From Schmidtea polychroa (Eukaryota): DNA of 64,000 bases. Both the position numbers and the translations under genes were made by a program. The DNA lies in NCBI GenBank assembly GCA_044892525.1, contig CM097887.1, positions 73,346,001 to 73,410,000 of the forward strand, in the 5' to 3' direction. Every line of letters begins with the position of its first letter. Within the stretch, counting starts at the first letter, position 1. Below are positions 24,369 to 35,218 of this stretch, one piece after another. The notes under the pieces are model-generated. The model ran no database searches. It was not told the origin of the DNA and was given only the letters and a program-made list of their open reading frames with translations.

Positions 24369-24850
24369 TCAAACAGGCTTATTGGTAGGGCTGGCCAATT
24401 CCGTCGTGGTTGCTGGTGACGAATTTGCTTGCCGCTCGTATTCGGCCAGCCTAGCTTTCTTCAATTTTTCCCGAATATTTCGGCCAAGTCGTTTCTTTTT
24501 GGGCTTATTGTCAGCGGCTGGGGGATATATAGTTGCGAGGTCCACAGCCAGTGGCCGTATTTGTCTTGCTATGGCCCCTTGTACCACCTGCTCATTTTTC
24601 TCAGTTTCGAGCGCCCGCACCTGTAGCTTCAGGGCGCGGATCTCCATTTGGTCTTGGGCGGCCTGTGTTTGCATCTGGAGGATCTGAGCCATTCTCTTCT
24701 TCATTTCTTCGGGACTAAACCAGGTCCCCTCGAGCTTGCGACATTTTACTTTCAATTTGTCCACCCGGACCCGGAGTTCGTCGGCTTGGTGTTGGGCCTG
24801 CTCCCGATCCTTGCGTAGACTTTCCATTAATTTATACACTAAAATGTAAT
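24369..24850 (-). CDS. coiled-coil protein with basic C-terminus (probable exon)
   Basis: Heptad-rich ELRVRVDKLKVKCRKLEGT..EIRALKLQVRALETEK; preceded by TTTTAG acceptor-like site; much higher GC than flanks; homolog at 51975-52090. Confidence 0.6.
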
Positions 24851-25196
24851 GAATTTTATTTACTTTATGCAACAAAAAAAGTTGGAGTAACAAATGGTAG
24901 ATTGATTAATCGGTGCTGGTATTTTGCCACTGAGATGCTGTTGTACTTGCTAACTCTACCGCGATTAAAAGGAAACGCTGCATACGATTATACCCTAGCC
25001 TATTTCAATTGTAAATTAAGACCCACTCAAGGAATAGAAGTTTATTATCCAACAACAAACGCCAATTCATTAATTAAGACATATTCAATGAATAAAAGCC
25101 TATTATTTAACAATAAACATTAGTCAAGTTCGATTATCAAGTACGCTACCCACAATAAATGAAAATTATTAGAGTAAGTCATATGTCAGCTTGCAA

Positions 25197-25562
25197 TCAC
25201 GACTGGCGTTTGCGGGGTCTCCCTCTTTTCCGTGGGGAAGCCTCGGCCTCTTCTAGCTCTTCCACGGGCACTCCTTCTCTTTCTGCCCGGATTTGCAACT
25301 CGATCTCCTTGAGTCGCATCTGAGCGGCTTCCACATTCCAGGCCGCTTGATCTCGGGCCTCCTGCAACCGGTTATTCTCCGGCTCCGCCTTCACCCACGC
25401 CGGGGCATCTGCTTCGGGGCCCACCCGGATCACTCGATTGGTGCAATCCAGGTCCCGCCCCTGGCTCCACCGATGAATATGGTACCAAACGTACCGGGTC
25501 CGGAGCCGGGTGACCGTCTGCTGGTCAGTACCCTCGTCGTTGCTAACGCTGGATTGAGGCAT
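25197..25562 (-). CDS. small protein with coiled-coil and C-terminal AT-hook (RKRGRPRK), 121 aa
   Basis: ATG preceded by CATTACAG acceptor-like site; AT-hook core RGRP flanked by basic residues; GC-rich. Confidence 0.6.
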   Translation of the reverse strand: MPQSSVSNDEGTDQQTVTRLRTRYVWYHIHRWSQGRDLDCTNRVIRVGPEADAPAWVKAEPENNRLQEARDQAAWNVEAAQMRLKEIELQIRAEREGVPVEELEEAEASPRKRGRPRKRQS

Positions 25563-26381
25563 GCCTGTAATGCAAATGTTACAATTTTTATACGGTCAAA
25601 GTAACTTATCGAACGGAGCGAAGATACCATGTACGAGGTTTTGAGATTTAATTTACAAAGTAATTCATTTATCAGATTATTATAATTAGGGGAAATAAGT
25701 AACTTAAAATTTTGATTTAAATTTTATCAATACACCCTTTTACTTTACAACTCATGATTTATTAAAATTAACAAACATTCTCCAATCTTAATCTTCCTTG
25801 TTTTATCACAGCAATTATCATCAAGGTTAAATAATAATTTTTAAACTATGGTTTTTGTCAATATTGATATAGTAAGGTAAATAAATTCAAGTACGTGATT
25901 TTTATCTTATAAGCTTTTTAATACTAATTTAAGTAATATTAGTTTCTGGTCGATTTTTCGAATTAATTACTATCGGTCAATAAACTATTATGGCCCCCAG
26001 ATGAACAAGGATAGCTTGGCGATTCTAGTGAGGGAATCCAGAAATTCCCATGGTAAGTGAGACTTCTATAATTTAATACGGTACTAAGTTTTGCTTATTC
26101 TGAGGGCAGTTCTACCCACCAATTTCTCCTTATTAGACAAGGCTCACTCCCTGAGCGATATAGGAAATGCAAGTGGCCTCCAAACGTCAGTATACAAAGC
26201 ATTATGCAAAACATCGAACTAGGCGTGAAACGTGAAGGTCGAGGTCAGGGAAAATTCCAAAGTTTCCAACTCTAGGAAATGCATCTCCTCCGGATGATTC
26301 TGAAGTCGAGCTCTAAAACTTTGGTATAATTGCGATGCAGAGTGGACTTATGTAATTTTATTGATCCACAATCATATGTTT

Positions 26382-26684
26382 GGAATTTTGTGTTTTGTTT
26401 TTGATTTGCATATGAATTTTATCTTCCGGGTAAGTTGGTGAACTATGTTAAATTTAATGTGGATTTTCGCACTTGCCTTAATTTGAATATGAATTGAATC
26501 CTTAATAAGTTATTTTACGTTTAATTTGGAATTTGGTATTTTACTTTGACTCGAATACGAGTTTAATCCTCCGGGTAGGTAAATCGAATCATTTTCAATT
26601 GGGAATTTTGTATTTTGCTTTGATGTGTATATGAATTTAATCCTTTTTGTATTTTGCTTTGACGTGTATATGAATTTAATCCTT
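26382..26684 (+). repeat. four dispersed/tandem copies of a 45-53 bp motif
   Basis: GGAATTTTGTATTTTGCTTTGAYGTGTATATGAATTTAATCCT(CCGGGTA) variants at about 26382, 26528, 26602 and 26645. Confidence 0.75.
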
Positions 26685-26805
26685 CTAGTGAACTAATAAA
26701 TTATTTTAGCGGGGTGTTTCAATTAATCATATTTATTTTGTTATTCTAACGGCTGTGACCAAGATACCCCAAGGGTGATTTATATTTATTATTCTTTGAA
26801 TCTCT

Positions 26806-26915
26806 ATGCCCACACACATACACGTATGTATAGATGTCTGCCTACACACCCACGCAATATCTGTATATATACATGCGCGTACCTATATATAATTTAAACT
26901 AATACTCTGACGCCG
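26806..26915 (+). promoter_or_regulatory. candidate promoter: CA/TA-rich tract plus ACCTATATA..AATACT..GACGCCG motif
   Basis: Same blocks occur on the minus strand at 51310-51354 and about 51682-51750 upstream of the NeSL-like ORFs. Confidence 0.35.
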
Positions 26916-27095
26916 TCTACCTGGGGGGGGGGGGTGTTGCTAAAAATAGATTTTGGTGATTTTCCGGGATTTTATTGGTAGATAAGGTTGGGTAGTTAAA
27001 TTTAGCGATAGGGGAATTCCAAAGTCAATAATTTGGCTTTAAATTTTATTTTCGGAAGAAATTAGGGAAATTATTTTAATGATATAAGATTTCCA

Positions 27096-27545
27096 ATGAG
27101 ATCAACAATCATCATGATATTAATAGGGTTAGCAATGATGACACTAGTAGATAAGACGATGGAAATGATAATAATAATATTAATAGTATTAACAATAATG
27201 ATAATCATACTAGTATTACATATAGTAATAAGACTAATAATACTCNNNNNNNNNNNNNNNNNNNNNNNNNNNNNNNNNNNNNNNNNNNNNNNNNNNNNNN
27301 NNNNNNNNNNNNNNNNNNNNNNNNNNNNNNNNNNNNNNNNNNNNNNNNNNNNNNNNNNNNNNNNNNNNNNNNNNNNNNNNNNNNNNNNNNNNNNNNNNNN
27401 NNNNNNNNNNNNNNNNNNNNNNNNNNNNNNNNNNNNNNNNNNNNNNNNNNNNNNNNNNNNNNNNNNNNNNNNNNNNGAATAATAGTAATAATGTTAATAA
27501 CCGTAGTAATAGTAAGAAGAATAATAGGTTAATAATAATAATATT
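27096..27545 (+). repeat. AAT/AGT-rich low-complexity (Asn-rich coding-like) tract spanning a 231-N gap
   Basis: Triplet-periodic AAT/GAT/AGT sequence on both sides of gap 27246-27476. Confidence 0.7.
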
Positions 27546-30500
27546 AGTAGTACAATTTTACACTTTATCATTCGAAGTTTGTATTTCCCATTTTAGAGAG
27601 TCTTGTTTTATGGTTTGGATTTTGTAATTTATAAATTTCCGTTTTTAACTTTCATACTTTCCCATTTACAAATTTATACTTTGTAATTTCTAATTATATA
27701 TATTATAGTTCATAATTTAATAATTTACGACTTGATATTTTGTATTTTATATTTTATAACATACAAGTTTATGTTTTATAATTTAGGGATTTAGAATTTA
27801 TAATTTATAGTTATATTGTTGTAGTTTATAATTTTATATTTAATAATTCACGATTTAAGGTTTTATACTTTCGGATTTTATATTTTATAAATTATAATTT
27901 TATACTTTATGATTTATGAATTTCTACACGATTTTTTATAAGTCACTTTTGTGGGATCATCATAGTTTTCTAGAATGTTTTCAGGTTTGTTGGTAGCTAT
28001 TCATTAACTATATCCCTGGAGTTCCACATTTATGTATAATTAGTTCAAAGAAAATTTCCTATACCCAAAACCTATAATTCCAAATCGGGATTTTCCATTA
28101 ATGATTTACATCGATATAATTATCTCTAAGATCTTACAATATAAAATGGGAACTAAGTATTTACAAATAATTTAAAGTGGGAATTGGATTTAAAATCCCT
28201 ACATTTACTTTGAATCAAGATATCTAGATTAATTTATGCCTGTACATATGCCGAATAACTCTTTTACTTCCATTACTTTATCCACAATTCCATTACAAAT
28301 ACGAAATTTAGTTCGGCATATGTCTAAGTACAATTGAAATTTCCAATTGGATCAACTAGCTACATTAATGTGAGTGCAGATTTGTGTCATTTTAGGTACG
28401 AGTTCTACTCAATTTAGAACCTTAGTGTAGAGTCATTGTTCGTGATTTTGAATGTGGATTTTACATATGTATTAACTAAAAGTCGGGAAGAATATTGCTT
28501 CCATGGCCCCACTGTGACCACTTCCACAAACTTTAGTGTTGTGTGTTGAGTCAACCATTTACGGTCGACCTTACATAAATACAAAGAGTCAGACGGAGGG
28601 TTTCCTCGACCTAACTCCGTGGCAGGACCACGAAGTAGTTCGACCTCCGAAGGACCCGAACAAAAGAAATCGTATAGTATCGATCAATATAGTACGAATA
28701 ATGCATGTTGGTAGGTTGCATAAAAATTTTATTCGATATCCTCAAATGCAGGACGGAATAGCGACGCACAGTGACGCCGCTGATCAGTCATATTTTTCTA
28801 AATAACAACGAATTTAGTAAGAATAATTTAATTATAGAATGGTATTCATTAAAATAGTTACATACATGGTTAACATAAAAACAATGCAATCAAAAAAAAA
28901 TACCTACTATCAGTTTCCTTCAAAATTTGGTCAACAAAAAATTTTGGCATAAATGACTAAATCATGCCCGAAACGTGTCGGTATATATACCTATTTTTTA
29001 CACGTGTATGTATTGATACAGTAAAACAAACTCGAATTCTTTTTATTCCAGAATTTTCTATTTAGCGATTTTGCTATTTTTAATGGCAATTTTTGTGCCA
29101 TAATTTTTGTTTTTATTTTTATATTTTTATTTTTTAATTATTTTTCGTTAATTTGCCGTCCATGATGGATTTGGAACGGTTCCAGAACATTCTATTTTAT
29201 TTTTAATACAATTTTCATTTTAACTGATGTTTTATGAATTTCTTTTTAAGATTTTTTTTATTTTTAATACTAATTTATTTATTTTCTCTAACTTTTATTG
29301 TTCTAAATGGCTTTTGTGATGGTCATCGCCATTTTTATGGAATGTTCTGGGTTTTTCTGGAATTTTTTACTGTCTTTTAGGTTATTCGAGTCTGTTTTTG
29401 TTTATCTGTGTTTATTTGGTTATTTTCGAGTTCTATTTTGCATAACCTCTTACTTTTGGTATAATTTTATTTAATTTCTGTATTTAGGTTTTTGTTGTTT
29501 TTTCCTTTAACTACTATTGTTTATTTGGTGTAGTTTTAATATTTAGCTATACTTCTTGCTTTTGCATGTTGTGTACCTACACATTTCGGTCATAATTAGA
29601 AGTTTGGGTCTAGGAATCAGTTCTAGCCCAACATTTCTAATGAAAATATAAATAGTCAATCCTTTCTGCAGGATTTAATGATGATTTTAGAGAATGGCAC
29701 AACGCAAAGCATGATGTGTATGGAGAAAAGTTTTCCGAATTATGGTTAAATGCTAAATATTTAGGATTCAATGAAGAACACTTCGAAAGTATTTCTCAAG
29801 AGTACGAGAAAAGTCAGCCTAACAAAAAAGGGAAAAAGCAAGACACATTTCGAAATCTGTCAAAGATAAAATGGGAACAGTCGGGAAATGTGGGAGAAAG
29901 AGAATTGGGAAATATTTGATTATCTCTAGTGCCACAAATGAAGCACGCTATATAAAGCGGAACTGTCGGACACAAAACCGAAACAATAAATTACAAAATA
30001 TCAGACGAAAAGTTAGAACGGGAAACGAGGCAGAAGTCTACGGGAAAATGAAATAAAATTGTGGGAGACATTTTATAAAGTCATTGAGACGAGTATTTAT
30101 TGGAAACGATTTGTTGGAGAAGATTTTCAGGAAAGAATTAGTTGAGAAAGAAACGAAAATAAAACATAAAAAACTGTTAGTTTTTATTTTAATTATAAAT
30201 GCAATGTACCAGAATCTGAGGGGTCTTAATTAATGTAAAAGATTTGGTATACTTTAAGTATAACTTATAACAAGTAAATTGGGTTATTAGTTCAACTGGC
30301 TCATAATATATACAAATGCTAACATTTTATTCTTATCAAATCAATAATAAATGATTAATTAATTTTATCGTAAAAATTAAATTATGATAACAGTAATATT
30401 AGGTTTTAACAATAAAATTCATAACATATCGTAAATCACTGAACATTAGTGAATGCAGTTAAAATTGGAATATTCAATGAGGAACAACGGATTGTCCCAC

Positions 30501-31123
30501 AAAATGCTTATCGAATGACCTATTTTGATAATTGAATACTCTTTCTAGGTTGTAATATTAATAAATCCTTATCTTTGAAAATCAGCGTTTGGAATGTTAA
30601 AAATGTACGAAGGAAAATAGCTTTCTCCACAACCTATATTATACTCGATCTTATTCACCAACACGTATGATGATTCACGCAATGCATACAAGTAACAGTT
30701 ATTACTCACCCGATTTGTTAAAAGATTGGCGATGCTTTTATAGTAGTCACCCGATCTTTATAAAAAACCTTTTTTATTTAAAATTATAAATAGAATTAAA
30801 GCAATTAAGAGTTTAAAAGCATTAATAATTCAATTGGTTGAGAAAACATTAATATTATTATATCGGGCGACCCATATCAAAGCGAGCCCAAAGATTTACT
30901 TCACTCTTCAATTTTAATAATCACCAAACTTGAATCACTCAACAATTTATTTATTTCAATTAACACAACAAAATCGAGTAGATCATTCACTCGATATTTG
31001 TGAATTTATATGTATATATATATATATACAAAAATAAACAATAAATCTGAACATGATAACATTGAACTATAAAATATCCAATTGCAAATTGTCCTCGGTT
31101 CACATGTAAGAAAGATGACAGTA

Positions 31124-31825
31124 TTAAATGACAACCGGTAAACGCATGAAAACCTCGGAAGATAATGTAGAATCTGTAATCGATGATTTGGTAAATGAAC
31201 ATTCACTTTCTGACGTAACACTGGGAGATGAAGCCACTAACTCCTCAGAATTGATATTTGAAAAGACATCTTGTGGTTTAATTGGTAAGAAACAAGAATC
31301 AAGTTTTTCAATTTTATCTACTGGAGTTAATAAAACATAACACTGAGAAAGAACTGGAGGTGAAATTATTTTAGGTAGAATTTGTTTCTTTATTCGCTTT
31401 CTGACTTTGCGCTGGAATATATTTCTTAAATTGTGCTGTTCTTTCAATTTTCGAATGGTAAAATTATTCAGAATTAGATTTTTGCACGGAACAGAACAAA
31501 CTTTCAAAGATTTATACATAAATGGGTCTGATAACTGTAATTCACCATAAAAATTTCTAAGACCTTTAACTTCTTTTCTGTCTTCTTTATCTATGAAAAA
31601 GTTAATTTCAGTAGTAGATGGCCGCAAAGGACGAACAACATTTTCTCGATTATTGACGAAATGTCTGAATAAACGAATACAGCTTCCATAAGTTACTGTC
31701 ATATCCTTAAATTTATCGATTTCAATATCTTGTAAAATATTATTTTCATATTTTGAACATTCAACAAATAAATCATTAAAAGTGACAGGAAGAGTTAGGC
31801 TTCCTATTTGATTTTCTTCCATCAA
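31124..31825 (-). CDS. hypothetical protein, 233 aa, basic middle and Ser-rich tail (possibly a terminal exon)
   Basis: Uninterrupted 233 codons; acceptor-like TTCAG just upstream; no domain recognised. Confidence 0.5.
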   Translation of the reverse strand: MMEENQIGSLTLPVTFNDLFVECSKYENNILQDIEIDKFKDMTVTYGSCIRLFRHFVNNRENVVRPLRPSTTEINFFIDKEDRKEVKGLRNFYGELQLSDPFMYKSLKVCSVPCKNLILNNFTIRKLKEQHNLRNIFQRKVRKRIKKQILPKIISPPVLSQCYVLLTPVDKIEKLDSCFLPIKPQDVFSNINSEELVASSPSVTSESECSFTKSSITDSTLSSEVFMRLPVVI

Positions 31826-33079
31826 ACACTGAATTTCTAAAAATTATTTCATTCAATATTTAAATAATTTGATTAAATTTAAAATATTAATTAGACAATT
31901 TACAAATTAAATTATAATCATTTTGAAATTATTCTTTAAACAAAATTTGAATTCTTTGAAGTTAGAAAACAATTTTAAATGACCACATAAATATTTCTTT
32001 GTTTAAATATCATAATTAAAATACACTCATACCCTGTAAACATTATCAAACATAAAATATTAATCTATATTAATCCATTTTAAATTTTAGAAGTCAACTG
32101 ATATAAAGTTTGCGGTTTAAAGAGCATTAAGAATTTAAAATTTTGATATTTTAAAATTATGTGAAGAACGTGAAAAAGTGTTCAAAAATAAAAAAGAAGA
32201 TAATTTGAATGATTCTAACTTGAATAACTGAAGTGTATTAAAAGAAATAAATAAAAATGCACTAAATTACTTACTAATAAATTCAAAAATTTTAACAATT
32301 TAAACAAATAGGTAAATAAGATATTACAAAATATAATTTCAAAATATAAAAATGTAGGCTTTGTTTCGGATAACTTTTAAATTACTTTTAAATTAAAATT
32401 TTAAAAAACATTTTGGTTATATATGGAGTTGTTTTTATGTTTTGTTGGCGTTTACTTATTTATTCTTGATTAAAATATTGAATTAGAGGATTTACTATAG
32501 AAGCTGCAACTTCATCACAAACTGAATAAGGATTCATTTATATTTTTTATCGAATTTAAATTTGAATTTAGAAATTTAAAATGAATAAGTTAAATGAAAA
32601 GAAAATTGGTATGTGTAGTCTGGTGATCACTGAATGACGGATACTGTAACAAAGGATCAGATATACTTTAAGGAATGATGACAGAAGTAGTGAGTTACTA
32701 TGAGGCGATAAAATGTTTTTTTCAATTTTACTAATTAGTTTTATCTGTCTTTAATAGCCAGTCAGGATGAATATGATTGGTGAAATTGGCGGATTTAGGT
32801 CAGTTGAGGCCCGGGGAGCAGAAAAAAATATTGGGCCCCAATAAAAAGAGAGTCAATGAAAATAAAAATACGTGTTAATCAACTAATAGTTGAACATATA
32901 TAGATTTTTAAAAGTATAATTCTAATATATTTCAGTGGCGTACGCAGGGGGTGGGGGGTTTAACCCCCCCCCCCCCCCATGATTCCAACAACAATATAAA
33001 AAACTATAATTAATAAATATATAAACTTAAAACAATTTAAGAAATATTCCGAATGCCGATATATATATATATATATATA

Positions 33080-34184
33080 CAGGCCCGACAAGAGGGGGGG
33101 TGGGTTGATGGGGGAAAATACCCGGGGTCCCTGGGTTCTAGGGGCCCCGGAGAAAAAATCTATCATGATTTAAATCACTTGATTTTTTTATGAAAAAATC
33201 ATGATTTCAATTTGTAGGAACTATGTTCCTCCTTTTGTAGTGCGTGTGTGTGGGGTACGTCTGGAGAGTGTCCATTGCCAAGATTGCTTTCGGAACCCCC
33301 GTTGCGAAAAAGTCTACACGGCTCAAACGCATCTTGCAGTAATGGTAAGCACATGTGGCAATCTTTTGTTTGTCAAGAGTCAAGTGCTTGCTATCACTGG
33401 TCTGGCGCCAGCGCCTTAAGGCCCTTAAGGGATGCGTGTGGGCCGACTAGGGAACCGTGTGCGGGACACGGTTATTTTCACGCGAGTTCATCCTGTACCG
33501 CACACGATCAATAAATCCAAATATATACTAGTTTTTGACATTTTGAGCCTGTTTCATTATTTACAAACTCTATTATCATTTAACTAAAAGAAAAATTACA
33601 AACATTAATAGTGTAGTAAGTGTAGTTGTTTGATCAATGTAAAAATCTCCAGGAAGAAGCGGATAAAGTAATCGTGTTTGTGAACTAAGCCGAAAGTGAA
33701 TAAGAAATTAACCTAAGCGTTGGGCTACAAAGCATTTCTTTACCGGTGCTGGAGTGCTGAAGTCTAATTTTCGATTGTTAGTAATTAGCAGTCAATGGGA
33801 GACCGCCATCGACTCCGATATTCGCGACGTGGATGAATTAGAAATGACGCCAAGTGACGAATTCAGAATAAATGTTTTCAATGTTTTCTTAGATTGTATT
33901 ATTGGAAATATGGCAAGAAGATTTAATGCGGCTAAAAAAATTGATTCGTTATTTAATTTATTATGGTTATTTCATAACCTTAATGATGAAGAAATACAAA
34001 AGAAGTTTGAAAAGTTAAAAAAGGTATATGAAAATAATATTGACCATAATCTTGGTGAAGAAATACTCCATTTAAAATCAATTTATGATGCCAATATACA
34101 AAACAAATCTCTCTCGCCAAAGTCCGAGGGGAAAAAATTTTTTTCACGCTCTTGGCAGGGGCCCCAAAAGTCCTCTCGGCGGCC

Positions 34185-34187
<3 letters not shown>
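33080..34187 (+). mobile_element. hAT deletion derivative nested in 32933-34316, inserted in a (TA)n tract
   Basis: TIR-like CAGGCCCGACAAGAGG / CCTCTCGGCGGCCCTC; TA repeats on both flanks; transposase fragments (KRWATKH; DEFRINVFNVFLD..RRF). Confidence 0.8.
33213..33565 (+). mobile_element. probable GC-rich solo LTR
   Basis: TGTA...TACA termini; near 4-bp TSD (AATT/AACT); AATAAA at 33510; several hairpins. Confidence 0.5.

Positions 34188-34241
<54 letters not shown>
34188..34241. repeat. (TA)n microsatellite
   Basis: About 27 TA units. Confidence 0.95.
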
Positions 34242-34246
<5 letters not shown>

Positions 34247-34376
34247 CCCCCCCTCTATATATAAATAAAAATAATATATATAACCCCCCCATGGATTCAT
34301 CCTGCGTACGCGCCTGATATATTTAATAATATTATCAGAGAAACAATCAGAAATAAGAACGTAAAAATCATAGAAT

Positions 34377-35218
34377 TGTTGGGGTTCAACAGGAGAGGTA
34401 CAAAAATGAGGTGACAAATCAATAAAAACACCAAATTCACAATAAAAATTTAAAGTACAAAATATTAATTAAAAATCAAAAAAAAATTAAAAATGAATAT
34501 TTTCCGGGAAAACTGGTATGGGCGGATGCTAAATAATGAGACGAGTTCAACTATAATAAAATAAAATCAATTAGGGTCCCCAGAAGAAATAAATTACAAA
34601 AAACAAAAATTAATTAAAAATTAATTAACTAATGGAGAACTCGAGCTAATGGAAAAACCGAGACAATGGAAAACCCAAGCGATTTGAGAGAACCTGAATT
34701 ATCAATCAAATTAGGAAAGGCAAATAAATTAGCCGAATAAAATTAAATTGGAGCAAGCCGTCAAAGAAGACGGGCAAATTCCTCAAAGCGAATTAGAGCG
34801 ACAAGAGGAAGCCCGGGGGAAGTTGGATCCAGACTAATTCAACAAAGTAAAATCAATCACAAAATTGGTATAAAAACGACTGGCGAGAAAATAAAATTGC
34901 CAGTTGGTCGAAGAAAAAGAAAACAAGAAGTTTAGTGAGAGCGACAAAGAAAACGTCAAAATTAGTAGCAATTGAATAATTTAAATCGAACGTACAAGAA
35001 AAGGACATCTCCCATTGTAATTGCGTGAGATTTGTATTTGTATTGAAAAGTGCAGACCAAAAAAGGGTTGTATCAAGTGTGGTCGAATTAATAAATAGTG
35101 CAACTAAAGTGTAACTGAATCAGTCTTAAATAAAGATTTTTTGTTGGGTCGTTTATTTGTTTTGTAAAGAACACAAAGGAGTCAGACAGTAATACCGACT
35201 TGCACAAAATACCCAACA
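34377..35218 (+). mobile_element. solo LTR (gypsy-type, 842 bp)
   Basis: TGTTGGG...CCCAACA inverted termini; perfect 4-bp TSD GAAT; AATAAA near the 3' end. Confidence 0.85.

Larger units (their letters stand above)
32933..34316. mobile_element. non-autonomous hAT nested in 32784-36603
   Basis: TIRs CAGTGGCGTACGCAGG / CCTGCGTACGCGCCTG; perfect 8-bp TSD ATATATTT. Confidence 0.9.

Noticed and set aside
27096-27482. ORFs from the track spanning N runs (also 42947-43339)
   Set aside because: Artefacts of translating through assembly gaps and simple repeats.
26210-28650. Inverted similarity between 26210-26260 and 28600-28650 (TCGAACTA..AGGTCGAGG)
   Set aside because: Only two short words match and the flanks are not colinear.
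28590-28660. HDV-like or twister-like ribozyme (GGAGGG..TTCCTCG..TAACTCC)
   Set aside because: Folds as a simple bulged hairpin; L3 does not fit the HDV pattern and the twister P4/CCC loop is absent.
29660-30056. Degenerate plus-strand ORF after an acceptor-like site
   Set aside because: Short, frameshifted and without a recognisable homolog in the window.
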